Source: Octopus vulgaris
Taxonomy: Eukaryota
Direction of reading: 5' to 3'
DNA: 64,000 nt
Assembly (NCBI GenBank): GCA_951406725.2
Contig: OX597817.1
Location: 10,478,001 to 10,542,000 of the forward strand
The notes beneath the pieces are model-generated. The model was not told the origin of the DNA. It did no database searches and was given only the letters and a program-made list of their open reading frames with translations. Positions 26,757 to 41,196 of this stretch are shown here, piece after piece (the first letter of the stretch is position 1; every line of letters starts with the position of its first letter). The translations under genes were made by a program, and so were the position numbers.

Positions 26757-26853
<97 letters not shown>

Positions 26854-26861
26854 TAATGTGC

Positions 26862-27051
26862 AGGTGGCACGTAAAAAGCACCCACTACACTCACGGAGTG
26901 GTTGGCGTTAGGAAGGGCATCCAGCTGTAGAAACATTGCCAGATTAGACTGGAGCCTGGTGCAGCCTTCTGGCTTCCCAGAACCCCGGTCGAACCGTCCA
27001 ACCCATGCTAGCATGGAGAACGGACGTTAAATGATGATGATGATGATGATG

Positions 27052-27053
<2 letters not shown>
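26862..27053 (+). mobile_element. SINE family A
   Basis: Family body plus (GAT)n. Confidence 0.88.
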
Positions 27054-27091
<38 letters not shown>

Positions 27092-27117
27092 TTTATATAC
27101 TTACATGCATGCATGCA

Positions 27118-27181
<64 letters not shown>

Positions 27182-27184
27182 CAT

Positions 27185-27259
<75 letters not shown>

Positions 27260-27322
27260 TCTTTAACTTCACATATTTAACAGAATTCATTATAGAATGG
27301 CTTTACTGTCAATTAATGCTTT

Positions 27323-27380
<58 letters not shown>

Positions 27381-27789
27381 AATTTATGTGTGTGTCTGTG
27401 TTTATGTGTGTCTGTATTTGTGTGTGTCTGTGTCTGTATTTGTGTGTGTGTGTGTGCATGTGCAGTAAATGACAGAGTGGGGTTCTGCATCTACTTGCTG
27501 TACAACCTGCTTATATATGATATATGTATAGCAATCAAACGCTTGCATTGCACATTAGCTTGCTCCCTCCATTAAATCGTTAATGCTCGTACAAATGCAT
27601 GGTGTGCCACAAATCAGATGTCACAGTGATCACAGAGCATAAAATGAAATATTTTACTTAAAAGATACAACACACTGCCTGCTCCAGGAATCAAAATCCC
27701 AGGCCCTCATAATTTTTACAAGTGCAAATCCCTAACTGCAAAGCTACAGCCTTCACACATATTTTATATATATATGTATATATATATAT

Positions 27790-28205
27790 CACAATCAAGG
27801 AACGGCCATAATAGGCCATTCACCCACTAGAAATAACAGCCAAAGCTTCAACCGCAAAATAACATTAATTCCGTAAACCAGGAGAAAATTAAAAAAACAT
27901 TTACCCTGTAATTTCTTATACGATGCACCGTTTCATCTACTGTTTAATGGTAAACTAACCTGATTAAATTAAATCAAGCCAATCTTCCATAGGCCCTTAG
28001 ATTCCTCAGTAAGAAATAGCCAGAACGGAACAGATATTTTCACGAGGCATTTCCGTCCCTGCCTCGGCAATATCTGACCTAAAATTTTCAAATCATCGCA
28101 CTCGCGCCAAATTTATCGGCAGCAAATAAATATAAGCCGCCGATTCCATTACGGAATCAACCAGAAAATTCATAATTAATTCATGATTAATTATTGATTA
28201 ATTAT
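27790..28205 (-). mobile_element. PLE pseudo-LTR-like element in (TA)n
   Basis: CpG-retaining unique insert between TA tracts, homologous to 78-420, containing a hammerhead. Confidence 0.7.
27911..28017 (-). ncRNA. Type I hammerhead ribozyme motif with large loop II
   Basis: atttctta-CTGAGGA-atcta-[58 nt]-tagat-GAAA-cggtgcatcg-TA-taagaaat: 8-bp stem I, 5-bp stem II and GUA triplet. Confidence 0.8.
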
Positions 28206-28494
28206 GTATATATATATATATATATACACACATATATATATACCCCCTTGATAGGTGCAAGCATGGCGGTGTGATTAATTCTACCAGGGCTATGGTAGAA
28301 TTAAGAGAATTAAGTAGATAAAATGACAAGAAACCCATTACACACACATACACACACACACACATATATATATATGTGTGTATAATCTCTAATTTAATAT
28401 AATATAATATAATATATTTATACTATAAAATTGGATTAAATCCTAAATCTGATTTTTCCCTGTAAGTTTGGATTTATTCCCTAATATTTTCTTA

Positions 28495-28536
<42 letters not shown>

Positions 28537-28677
28537 TAACAGATGTACAGGTGTCAATTCATTAAGGTAATAAATTCATCACAACCTAACAAGGTACCTC
28601 AATTTAAGTAACTAATTCAACTAAATCTTTATATATATATATACAATATATATATATATATATATGTATATATATGC

Positions 28678-28709
<32 letters not shown>

Positions 28710-28713
28710 GTAG

Positions 28714-28747
<34 letters not shown>

Positions 28748-28824
28748 TTACACACACATATATACATGCATATATATATGCTTCTTTGTGTGTATGTGTT
28801 GTGTGTCTATGTTGTGTGTCTGTC

Positions 28825-28875
<51 letters not shown>

Positions 28876-29544
28876 TGTGTGTGTGTGCATGTGTCTGAGT
28901 TTGTTTTTTTGTTTTTTTTTTATGTTTACAGTTCCCCTCAAAAAATGTCACCCAGTTTACAAGCTGAGATGTTGCTTTCATTTTTCCTATCCACAAATAT
29001 GGCTTGGCTTGGCTTTGTGTCTCTGAAGGCATGTAAAATAAGAGATCCCTTACTTGAAAGAAGAACATTTGGCTATAAAATGATGATTCAATAACATGTT
29101 CTTTTAACTTAAACCGGCATGGAAAAATGGATATAAAAACCAAAGAAACAAAATATTTTCTTTTGTATATCCAGATGAAAGTTACTGCAAATGCTACATA
29201 TTTGTTATTAATTTCAATTTCATATTTTAATTAACAATATACTTCAAATTGTCTATCTCCCTGCCATCATTATAATATTAGAGGGCTCATACAAAAGAAT
29301 CATTTTTGGAACAGATTTATAAAATTTATATCCAAAAAGCTGTGCTTTTTGATAATTAACAATATATCGCAATCTTTGTTCTTCAAAGAATTCATTTTCT
29401 GTTATATTATACTTGCAAGAGAGATACACCCTCTATATTGTTTTAAATTAAAAATAAACAATTTATAGATTCTATTTATCTATCTTATTATTTTTTTTCA
29501 TTTCTGTTCTATATGTTTTATTTATTTACTTATCTATACACTTA

Positions 29545-29581
<37 letters not shown>

Positions 29582-29590
29582 CAGCATCAC

Positions 29591-29635
<45 letters not shown>

Positions 29636-29699
29636 TATTATCATCATCATCCTCATCATCATCATCATCATCCTCATCAGTAGTAGTAGTATCAGTAGC

Positions 29700-29761
<62 letters not shown>

Positions 29762-29802
29762 AAAGGATTATTATTATAATTATTATTATTATCATTATTA
29801 TT

Positions 29803-30272
29803 GCCTTTGCACAGCTTCTAACGCTGGAGATGTACTACAGTGTCAGCTGTTCACTACCAGTGAACTAAGGTAACACCCCTTATTTTTCGAGCACCTTCCA
29901 GAGTATTCGAGCTGTTCCAAGCAGTGCTGCTTTCTGCAAGTGCTCCACCTTTATTGCAGCCCTTGTTTGTTCCATGTACATCTCAAGATTTTTACTCACT
30001 GTTCCCAGGGCTCAGACAGTTATTGGTACTACTACCACCTTTTCCATCGACAACAACTGCTTAACCTCCCAAGCTAACTTGTCATATCTATCGACTTTTC
30101 TTTCTTCCTTATCATATACCTTGTTGTCAACTGGGCATGCTATATCTATGATCCAACATAGTTTGTTTTCTTTCTCAATTAAGACTATGTCTGGCTTCCT
30201 ATTCTCTATCTCATGGTCACACTGAATCCTAAAATCCCACAGGATCTTTGCATTAGCATTTTCGATGATGCC
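29803..30272 (-). mobile_element. R4/Dong 3' end encoding restriction-like endonuclease
   Basis: KILWDFRIQCDHEIENRKPDIVLIEK..IIDIACP..KVDRY..V*ALGTV..LQKAALLGTARILWKVLEK*, with one premature stop. Flanked by (TAA)n. Confidence 0.92.
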
Positions 30273-30417
30273 ATTATTATTATTATTACCATTATTATTA
30301 TAATCATTATTGTTATTATCATTATTATTATAATCATTATTATTATTATCATTATTATTATTACTATTATTATTATTATTATTACTATTATTATTTATAT
30401 TATTATTATTATTATTA

Positions 30418-30630
30418 AGGCAGCAATCTGCCAGAATCATTGGCATGCCAGGCAAAAAAGCTTTGCATCATTTCATCTGTCTTTACGTTCTGAGTTCAAA
30501 TTCTGCCAAGGTCAACTTTGCCTTTCATTCTTTCAGGGTCAACAAAATAAGTGACCACCTGAGCACTGGAGCGCAACTGATTATCCCCACTTCCCCAAAT
30601 TTTAGGTATTGTGCCTATAGTGGAAAGGCT
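30418..30630 (+). mobile_element. Diverged SINE family C variant
   Basis: Similar to the 7837 copy. Confidence 0.8.
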
Positions 30631-31149
30631 TCATGAAAATGCAAGTTAGACGGTTCAATGTCTTACTGTGGATGCGTAGTAATGATTTATTTCAAGGAAA
30701 AGGAACCAAATTCTGAGAATTAAGATATGCTAAAAGCTTGTTTTAATATAGTCAATTTTTAAAAAATCCAGCATTCTCAGATTGACTGTGTTTTAGGATA
30801 TGAGCTGTACCTATGAGAACAATATTTTCGTAGTTCTATACCATGGTTGTAATTGATATGAGGAAGATTTAGCTGTTTATTTTAGCATTATGAACAACTG
30901 CATAGAAGTTACTCTGTTCTTAACAACTCCCACATGGAGGTATGGGTCTGGGAACAGAACTGACATCTTTGTCCAGGCACAGGATTGATCATTCTTAGTT
31001 TTCTTTCTCCTTTCTGCTGGATCAGTATCATTGAACTTTAGCTGTCTTTGGCTTCAGGGTCAACATTACTTTTGCCATTACACAGTGACTACAAGGATGA
31101 GTAAATAACTAAAAACTTCAATGTTTAGGAAACCACAAGAGATGAATGA

Positions 31150-31372
31150 AGATAATAACCCTCTCAGTGGTTGAGGACCCCACTAAACCAATGCACAGCT
31201 TCTATTATCTAACAGAAAAGCAGAGAATATGCGTAAATAGGCTGAGATCAAGGCATAGTACACCAGCAGCTAACCTACATCAACAAGGATGTCATGGATT
31301 CCTATATGAGCAACATGTAGAGTATCTCCACAAGACACAGACCACGATGAGTGGTATTGTCCAGCCACTTTG
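31150..31372 (+). pseudogene. Decayed LINE ORF2 C-terminus (I-group-like)
   Basis: VNRLRSRH..AANLHQQG..QDTDH..YCP resembles LNRLRTGH..NLHKWG..CCHC. Confidence 0.5.
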
Positions 31373-31518
31373 ATCCCTGTAAGGATATGGAACAATCCAA
31401 GACACACATCAGCCAGACTTCAATTGTAAATTTTTAAGTAATCCCCACTTTGTAACTATTTGCATGCATTTTATCTTAGTAAGTTTGCTGCTTTGTAAAT
31501 CTAGTGTATCATCCTTTG

Positions 31519-31750
31519 AAGGTGGCAAGCTGGCAGAAACGTTAGCATGCTGGGTGAAATGCGTAGCTGTATTTCGTCTGCCATTACGTTCTGAGTTCAA
31601 ATTCCGCCGAGGTCGACTTTGCCTTTCATCCTTTCGGGTTCGATAAATTAAGTACCAGTTACGCACTGGGGTCGATGTAATCGACTTAATCCGTTTGTCT
31701 ATCCTTGTTTGTCCCCTCTATGTTTAGCCCCTTGTGGGCAATAAAGAAAC
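31519..31750 (+). mobile_element. SINE family C with 13-bp TSD
   Basis: TSD tgtatcatccttt at 31505-31517 and 31752-31764. Confidence 0.9.
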
Positions 31751-33069
31751 ATGTATCATCCTTTAAGTAACATGTGGTAATGACTTTTGTTTAAAACAAA
31801 CAAAATTTTAAAATATCAAATTTTATTTTACCAGGTTTAAGTTACTTAAATTCTTTCCCCCCACCCCTTTTCAATCCTGACTTAATACAATGTTTGCTTT
31901 TAACATGCTCTTAGGTAAATTAATTGGGACTTGACAATAATTACAACCAGAAGCACCCTTTCTGATTCTAACTCACTATTTATAAATAAATCTATACTTA
32001 ATTATCTAAACAGGTAAAAATGGAGATTTTTAGCAAGTTGCAACTTAAATGAGGTTTCTCCATTAAGAGAATCATCAGCCATTTATTTAAAGACTAGCTT
32101 TCTTTGATGATGTTCAGAGTTTAAATTGCAATTAGTGTCTCAATTACCATATGACCAAAACTATTCCCATTAACTGCAGAGGTTTAATGACATTTACAGC
32201 CATTAGAAAATAACACAAATACCTTTAGAATACACCCACATATATAAAAAATGTTAATCTGCACATGATGTTCTAATGTGCATCTAGATTGCATTAGATA
32301 ACATGTACAAGAGCTCTCCCTCTCTTTCTCTCTCTCATTTACACTGTATTTATGTCAAAACTTCAAAGTACTTGATACTTAAAATATTTTATATTTGATA
32401 CACACACCCACCCACACACATATTATACATTATATAATTTGTTGGTGTATGTGTGCATATGTTTGTGAGGGCATATACATGTGAGTATGAGTATATGTAT
32501 ATACATATATATATATATAAATATATATATAAATGCATATATATATATGTGTATTTATGTATATGTACATACATATATGTGTGTGTGTACTTATTTATAT
32601 ATATATATATATATATGTGTGTATACGGTTAGATGTATGACTGCTACTGATGAATTTAAAGCCCTATGATGAGCATGATCAACCAGTCTACTTCTTGCAA
32701 AATGGTGTAGTTACTACTGTACTTAGTAGTATTACCGATTATGATATACAGAGCAAATGTAATCAAAAGTATGGTAAACGCAAGATACAACTTTTACGCA
32801 ATTTCTTCCCTCTGCATAATTTGCCATAGTGGCAATTTGCATTAACTGCTGTCGGAGCAATTGGATACAGGTCTACGACAGTTTTTTAGTTCTTATATTG
32901 ACATGGTCTGTGACATTATAAAGTAATGAAGTGTTCTTCTGAAGAACTGTTGTACATTTGCATCCAATTGCATGACAAATACCTACTGCAGAGCATGTAA
33001 ATAGCCTGAATGCAAAATAGGCAAAGGGTATAAACGGCATAAACTGTATCTTGTGTTTATCATACTTCT

Positions 33070-33099
33070 ACCTATCTGTCTATCTATCTACCTATCTAT

Positions 33100-33190
<91 letters not shown>

Positions 33191-33203
33191 CCTACCTACC
33201 TAC

Positions 33204-33237
<34 letters not shown>

Positions 33238-33238
33238 G

Positions 33239-33313
<75 letters not shown>
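33070..33313. repeat. (CTAT)n microsatellite
   Basis: Directly visible. Confidence 0.95.
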
Positions 33314-33314
<1 letters not shown>

Positions 33315-33399
33315 GCATTCAGTCTATCTAGCTATCTAGCATTCAGTCTATATACCTATATCTATACACACAAATGCGCTCTCACACACACATACACAG

Positions 33400-33698
33400 C
33401 ACATAGCTCAGTGGTTAGATCATCAAGCCCACAACCATGAGCTAGTGAGTTTGATTCTCAGACCAGGCTGTGGGTTGTGTTCTTGAGCAAGACACTTTAT
33501 TTCACGTTGCTCCGGTTCACTCAGCTGTAGAAATGAGTTGTGACATCACTGGGGCCAAGCTGTATCGGCCCCTTTGCCTTTCTCTTGGATAACATCGATG
33601 GCATGGAGAGGGGAGGCTGGTATGCATGGATTCATAAGTTAACTTTCTAGGTACAATCCCATGGTCATTCATGACTGAAGGGGGTCTTTACCCTTTAC
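33400..33698 (+). mobile_element. tRNA-derived SINE family D
   Basis: A box agctcagtgg and B box gtttgattc. Core ttcttgagcaagacac..tttcacgttgctcc is shared with 35395 and 48960. Confidence 0.8.
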
Positions 33699-33976
33699 AT
33701 ATATATATACACACATACAAACACACACACATATACATATATGAATATTTCTCCAATCCATGCCAGCATGGAAAATGGAGATCAAATGATGATGATGATG
33801 ATGATGATGATGACATATAGCATGGGCAAATGTTAGAGAATTCTACTTTGCGTTTGTATGGTTCTGGGTTCAATTTAGTAGCATGACATCATGAGCAAAT
33901 ATCCTTGTGAATGTATCTGAGCAGACAGAAGGGGTATCAGAAGTCCATCAGATGGATTATCCCACCAGATTAATGG

Positions 33977-34037
<61 letters not shown>

Positions 34038-34190
34038 CACAGTGTCAATCTGATCTAATTTCACTTGAGAATTATGCCAAAGGTGCAAATTTTCGAGAAA
34101 TTTTCAGCCATTTACAATCTAATTCAATGAGTAAGCAATTCAGGTGATTGGACAATTGAATAATTCATCAATAAATTTGATGCAGATCCA

Positions 34191-34223
<33 letters not shown>

Positions 34224-34528
34224 ATGTGCATGCGTGCATGCATCCATGTATGTCTGTGTCTGTCTGTGTATGTGTATGTACATGTATCTGTAGGATCAGA
34301 GTCTTAACAACTGTCTCAATCAGAATAAATGTTTCATTTGTCCCAGCAGGATGATATATTCGTGCTCTGATTTTGCCTCGTACCATATATAATTGCTGAC
34401 GTTTAGGTACTTAATTATGTATCCCCGCATTAAAATTACTCTTTTCCACCTCAGAAGATCAACACATTTGCACCATGGTTTTGTCATGTATTGTCGATGA
34501 CAGTTGATATATTTTATATTAGATTCCT

Positions 34529-34564
<36 letters not shown>

Positions 34565-35394
34565 CACACACACATATTATATAACCACCATCATGCTGAT
34601 ATATTAAATTTTGTCCTCCTATACTGCGTGTGATGATCAGTATATAATTGCCTATCCCACAGTAGAATCATCATACAAGTGCACCTGCACTCACTCACAC
34701 ACACACACACACACACACATACACACTCACACACTCACATACACACACACACACACACTCACACTCTCACACACACACACGCACTCACACACTCACATAC
34801 ATATACAGATATCCATCATTAATTTGATACAATTATTCAACCATGAGAAAGGCAAGCAGCTGTAATATAATAGGAAACAGATATGTGGCTATGGCTAAGT
34901 GAAGTTTTATAGTATTGTTATGTAAATAGATGCTTTATTATTATCAATGTTCTTTCTTTCTTTCTTTCTTTTTTATTGTTGTTGTTATGCTCAGTATGTG
35001 ATTATACATGCAATGTATTAGATAACGCATAGTATGGACAAGGCTGGGTCGTTAAGAAATTTGCTTTGTGCCTGATGAAAAATCAAAGGTTATAAGTAGA
35101 TATTGGGAGATGGCAGGCATAGCTAAGACAATAGAAAACTCTACTTTTGGTGTTTTACTGGAATTACTACAATACTTTATCAGTGAGCAAGGCTGATGCA
35201 CTGTAAAGCTGTTGGGAAGAAGGCTCTGTAACAGAGCATGTTCTCTCCTGATGACCCTTAAAGCCAACTGACACCTGGTATGCAGAGTTTTCAACTGACT
35301 TCACTTGCATGAGCAAGCTGTTTCCAAGTCTGCTTTCTGAGTTCATGCTTTGTCAGAGTTAACTCTGCTTTTATAATTTTAATAATAAAATAAA

Positions 35395-35608
35395 TAAATG
35401 CGCCCTTTTAAAGCTTAGCCAGGCTCATGGGCCCAGTTTCCTGGTTTCTATAGTGTATGTGTTCCCAAGTTGGACGGGACGCCAGTCCATCACAGCGTTA
35501 CTCATTTTTGCTAGCTGAGTGGACTGGAGCAATGTGAAATGAAGTGTTTTGCTCAAGAACACAACACGTCGCCCGGTCCAGGAATCGAAACCACAATCTT
35601 ATGATCAT
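35395..35608 (-). mobile_element. tRNA-derived SINE (family D core, different tail)
   Basis: Near-identical to 48955-49203. Confidence 0.85.
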
Positions 35609-36467
35609 GTTTTGGCCGGGTTGGTAACGAAAGTGTTAAAGAATTCAGTTTTTCCCCACACATTACTTATTCATTTGTTTGGGATTTTTTTTTCCATAAT
35701 CGCAATGAACTCAAATTCTGTTAAAGTACAAATCAAACAGCTAAAATAAATACCTGTAATATCACATGGTTGACTCAATTGCTTACACAGTCTTCCCTAA
35801 TAATGTGGACTCAAAAACATACCATTTTGCATGTATTATGTATTGAAGGTTGTTGACATTGACAGAGCAATAACGTGCACCTATCTGGACTCTTCATTGT
35901 AACCAATCCAATGCTTCTCTTATCTGAATGAGTTAAATTCCTATTGGCAGCCATCTTTGTTTTTCATCCCTTGAAGGTAACATAAGGTAACATGATTAGG
36001 TTGGGTCAATTGATTGTCCCCTCCCATCCACTTAATCTCTTACAAAATAAATTAACCATGAAGTTAGTCCAAAGAAATCAACATTTATCATCTGTTATAA
36101 AAATAGGGAATTGTTGTTTAACCACAGGCCACCCAAATGTAGGACATTTCTGAAGTAATCTACCCATAATTAGTTAGTTATTTATTCAGATACAGTATAT
36201 CTAAGTTCACTTATCTGATGACATTCCTATTTAGGATGGTGACTTCTGGTTAGTAAAGTTAATTATATCTACCCTATGATAGTTATATTAGATAACTTTG
36301 CTAATGAATAAACTACAATATGATACAGCAACATTACATGTTCTCCACAAAATAATGTTTGTAATGTACTGTAACATAATGGTTTTTATTTCTTACTAAA
36401 CTCTGACATAATATCTTTCCTTACATACAGTAAAGCTCTACTGTAACATAATGACACATACATTAAA

Positions 36468-36860
36468 ATGCAGGAGTGGCTGTGTGGTAAGTAGCTTGTT
36501 TACCAACCACATGGTTCCAGGTTCAGTCCCACTGCGTGGCACCTTGGGCAAGTGTCTTCTACTATAGCCTCAGGCCGACCAAAGCCTTGTGAGTGGATTT
36601 GGTAGACGGAAACTGAAAGAAGCTCGTCATATATATGTATATATATATGTGTGTGTTTGTGTGTCTGTGTTTGTCCCCCTAGCATTGCTTGACAACTGAT
36701 GCTGGTGTGTTTATGTCCCCGTCACTTAGCGGTTCAGCAAAAGAGACCGATAGAATAAGTACTGGGCTTACAAAGAATAAGTCCCGGGGTCGAGTTGCTC
36801 GACTAAAGGCGGTGCTCCAGCATGGCCACAGTCAAATGACTGAAATAAGTAAAAGAGTAA
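36468..36860 (+). mobile_element. Full-length SINE family B
   Basis: tRNA-like head, internal microsatellite and 3' part as at 49705. Confidence 0.9.
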
Positions 36861-38128
36861 GGCGGTGCCCCAGCATGGCTGCAGTTTAACTAACTAAAAC
36901 ACTATTACATATTCTCTATGTTGTATGTATTGTAACATATGCAACCTCTGACTCCCCCAAACTGTGACATAGGTTTTTAATCTGCTAAAGTAACGTCACA
37001 CACAAACTTGTCACAATATACTACTCCTTATGCAATATACTGTAACATAAACTTTCTATATTAAACTGTGATTCAGTCACACTTTTCACAAATATATGCA
37101 ATAGACTTGTACATACAAATCTGTTATTATACTAAGTTACAATATGAAACAACAGCTTACGATGCAACCATATACTATAATATATACAACATTTGAACAT
37201 GCCTTTAGTCTTTTCGTTATGCAAAATTTTGAAGCAGAGATACACATGTTTTTCTACATAGTAACATATGTAATGTACATATTTTCCCCTGTTAGTAAAT
37301 TATGTTGTGACATTGTACTGAAATATATTGCAAATCTACTAATATAAACATTGTTCAACTTATAATAGGAACATACTAAATTTTGGCATAATTCTATTAT
37401 ATGTTGTGAGTTATGTATTATATCATGCCATCTGTTATTGTCGAATATAATAGACTATTGGAGGTGGGGTAATAGCAGAAAATGATAGAGCACTATATTA
37501 AATGCCTTGAAGTATTTAATTCCTCCTAGTGTGTTCCAAGATCATATTTTACCAGATCAGTAGAAACTAGTACCAGTTAGACACTGAGGTCAATTCAATT
37601 AATCATGCTCTTTTGTTACCAATATATCATTTTGTGCCAATACAAGTTGTTAAATTATACTGTTATACGTTCACTACATGTTGATAAATGTATCATACTG
37701 TTATATACTAATTTTATTAGAATATCAAATTGCTGTGATACCAAATTGTGACATACCTTTCCATATATAGCCATCACTTATGTGCTGTAACCATGATATT
37801 GTACAAATACAAATTTACCAAATACTAAATTACGGTACAATACTCTTACATATTCTCCGTATTATACTATATGTAATGTACTGTAACAAATCAACTATGA
37901 GTATATAAAATTATCATACAAGACTGTCGTGTTCTCCACAAATTGACCTATATGTGTTAATATAGCAAATGAATTAGTAATATATGATATGCTACAATTC
38001 TGTTATATATTCTTTGGCACTTAACATTTTATTCTTATATCAATGCTGTATACCAAATTTTGGTGCTTTACCCACCAAAATTTTCTATATGTAGAAAATG
38101 TTAGTATATAAAACAGTAACACAATCCT

Positions 38129-38384
38129 TTCATCTCTTGTGAAAGGTAGGAGAGTCCAGTTTGCTGGACATTGTTGTAGAGCTGAAAGAGAGGTAATTTC
38201 TACTCTTCTCTCTGGAAGCCATCTACTCGCAATACCAGAGGGCGACACTCTCCTACCCTGATGTAATCTCCAGGGATACAGGCATCTTGCAACAGGACCT
38301 CCGTAATGCCATGATGGACCGTGAAGTCTGGCGTTGCATGGTAAATTCCATTGTCTCGACCACGGTTGAACAATGATGATGATG
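38129..38384 (+). mobile_element. 5'-truncated RTE-clade LINE with 11-bp TSD
   Basis: RRVQFAGHCCR..SYPDVISRDTG..NAMMDREVWR..*, (TGA)n tail, TSD aacacaatcct at 38118-38128 and 38385-38395. Confidence 0.88.
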
Positions 38385-39292
38385 AACACAATCCTGTTAC
38401 AAGTTTTCCCATTTAACAATAGATATATCTTTATATAATAATGGCAATCTTTTTTGTAGTACACTAAACTTTGACATGGTATTGCTACATGTTCTCTGGA
38501 TGAAAATATCTATAGTATTTTTATCTATAATCTATAATAACATATCAACCATCTGAGATATGCTATGACATAACACTTCAAGGCAACATATCAGCATGTC
38601 TGTAACAGTATACTAAATTATGATACGGTATTGTTATAAGTTCTCCACACACTAGTATCCACAGTGTGTTATAACATACTAATAATCTTCCTTAGTATAC
38701 TAAACTGTGAGACAATATTGTTACATGTTCTCCACACTCAAAATATTTGTAATGTAACATATTGTTAGAATATATCAAACTATGTCACAAGTTCTCCACA
38801 TACTGACATGTTTATACATACTGTCTTCTTTTTCTTAGTTTACTGAACTTTTAGACATCATTAGACAAATATGTTACTTCTTCAATTTCTTATATCTCAA
38901 ATCTACATACAAACTATTAGTACACTAAATTATTATGCAATCATGTTCTCCACTAAACTATAATATATTACTGTACAATAGCAGTTCTCCACATACACAT
39001 GCACTGTAGCATCAACAGTTCTCCACATACTAATGCTACTAAACTACAGTATATTATAGTTATATACTCTCCGCTTATCATTATGTGCCCTTTTCTAAAA
39101 CTAAATCCAGTTACCTTATTAGTATATTTAGTAGATCAAAACATAGTGTATTTATTTTGTTCTATTGTTGGTTTGAACCATTGTGCATTCTGGACATGCT
39201 ATAATTCTTCCTCCATTGAGTATTGTATATAGCTTTATTTAGTTTTAACATATCCGTCCAACCCATGCTAGCATGGAAAACGGACGTTAAAC

Positions 39293-39323
<31 letters not shown>

Positions 39324-39512
39324 GTGCTTGCATCTTGGTTTGTATTTTCTTTATCAATGACTGTGTGTATATTTTTAGTTAATATATCATTTAGTAGTTA
39401 CTCTAGACTACTTTTATTGGTTATAACCTGATAAAGATAACTGATCTCTGACAGGGGAGAAACTTATCCAAGGATTCGTTTAAAATTTTTAGCAGAAGCC
39501 TTTGTTACAATC

Positions 39513-39544
<32 letters not shown>

Positions 39545-39561
39545 TTCTTTCTCTCTCTTTC

Positions 39562-39604
<43 letters not shown>

Positions 39605-40963
39605 CATATTCTAGGCAAAACAGCTAAGGGACATGGTTCAAAACGATTACTTATAGATATTTGTGGAGAGCAGAGGTGTTATGATTTTCTGGTCTTTTCG
39701 GTGAAAAGTTATTCGTCCAGAATATTTTTATGTACTACACTACCACACGGTATAATTGCAAATTATCTACATGGTGATATATTACATCTTTTGTAACATG
39801 CTGTTAGCTGCAGATAACATATGAAACTATTAAACAGGCCTGTTACAAGTTCTCACCATACAAATATATCGCATGGTCTTTTTTTTTATAACATCATTTT
39901 TTGTTTGTTTTTCAGTGGAGTTGCAGGGAGTTTGATAGTATAGAACATTCTATCGTGGTATTGTCCCAAGTTCTCCACACATAAATATTGATAATCTTAA
40001 CTGTGTGATTACATATCACATCACTGCAATATATCAGCCTGTCTGTGATAGTATACTAAATTATGATATGGTATTGTTATAAGTTCTCCACACACTAATA
40101 TCCACAGTGTGTTATAACGTACTAATAATCTTTCTTAGTATACTGAACTGTGAGACAACACTGTTACATGTTCTCCACATACAAAATATTTGTAACATAA
40201 CATATTGTTTGTTTGAATATATTAAACTATATCACGGTCATATCACAAGTTCTCCATATAATGATACGTTTTTGTTCTGTAATGTACCAACTGTCTTCTT
40301 TTATCTAATATAATGAACTTTTAGACATCATTAAAGAAATATGTTACTTCTTCAATTTCTAATTCAACCGATAATATACTATATTATTATATTGTATTTG
40401 TCATGTTCACCACTAAACTATGATATATTGCAGTACAACAGCAGTTCTCCACATACAAAAAATGTACTGCAATATACCAACAGTTAGTATGCTAAATTGT
40501 AGTCTTTTGTCATGTCCTATATTAAATTGTGATATGTTATAGTACACCAACAGTTCTCCACATACAAATATATGTAATGTACTATAACATACCGATAGTA
40601 TACTAAAATATGATTCAGTACTTTGTCATACTTCCACTATATTGCACTAAACTGTAGTATATTATAGTAATGTTCCCCACTTCTCATTATGCATAATATT
40701 CTGTAACATATAATTAATATAATTAAGTATATAATTAATCATATACTTTCCTAATATATTTAATGGATTGAAACACTTCATTTTCTCCTTTAGTTGATTT
40801 GGATGATTGTGTTTCCCAGCTGTACTATAGCACAAATTATTATTACAAATTCTCTGTATACTGATACATGTTTTGTAATATGCTGCTGTTAGTATACCAA
40901 ATTGTGACACAGTCCTGTTACAGCTTCTCCATATACAAATATATCATATGTCCTCCTTACATA

Positions 40964-41196
40964 TGTTTCTTTATTACCCACAAGGGGCTAAACATAGAGG
41001 GGACAAACAAGGACAGACAAACGAATTAAGTCGATTACATCGACCCCAGTGCGTAACTGGTACTTAATTTATCAACCCCGAAAGGATGAAAGGTAAAAGT
41101 CGACCTCGGTGGAATTTGAACTCAGAATGTAACAGCAGACGAAATACGGCTACGCATTTCGCCCGGCGTGCTAACGGTTCTGCCAGCTCGCCGCCT
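40964..41196 (-). mobile_element. SINE family C
   Basis: Reverse complement of the 10421 copy, with ccttacata at both ends. Confidence 0.9.

Noticed and set aside
28275-28304. 12-bp perfect hairpin
   Set aside because: Lies in a decayed SINE and is probably a local template-switch product.
33400-33470. tRNA gene
   Set aside because: A and B boxes belong to a SINE head; no cloverleaf.
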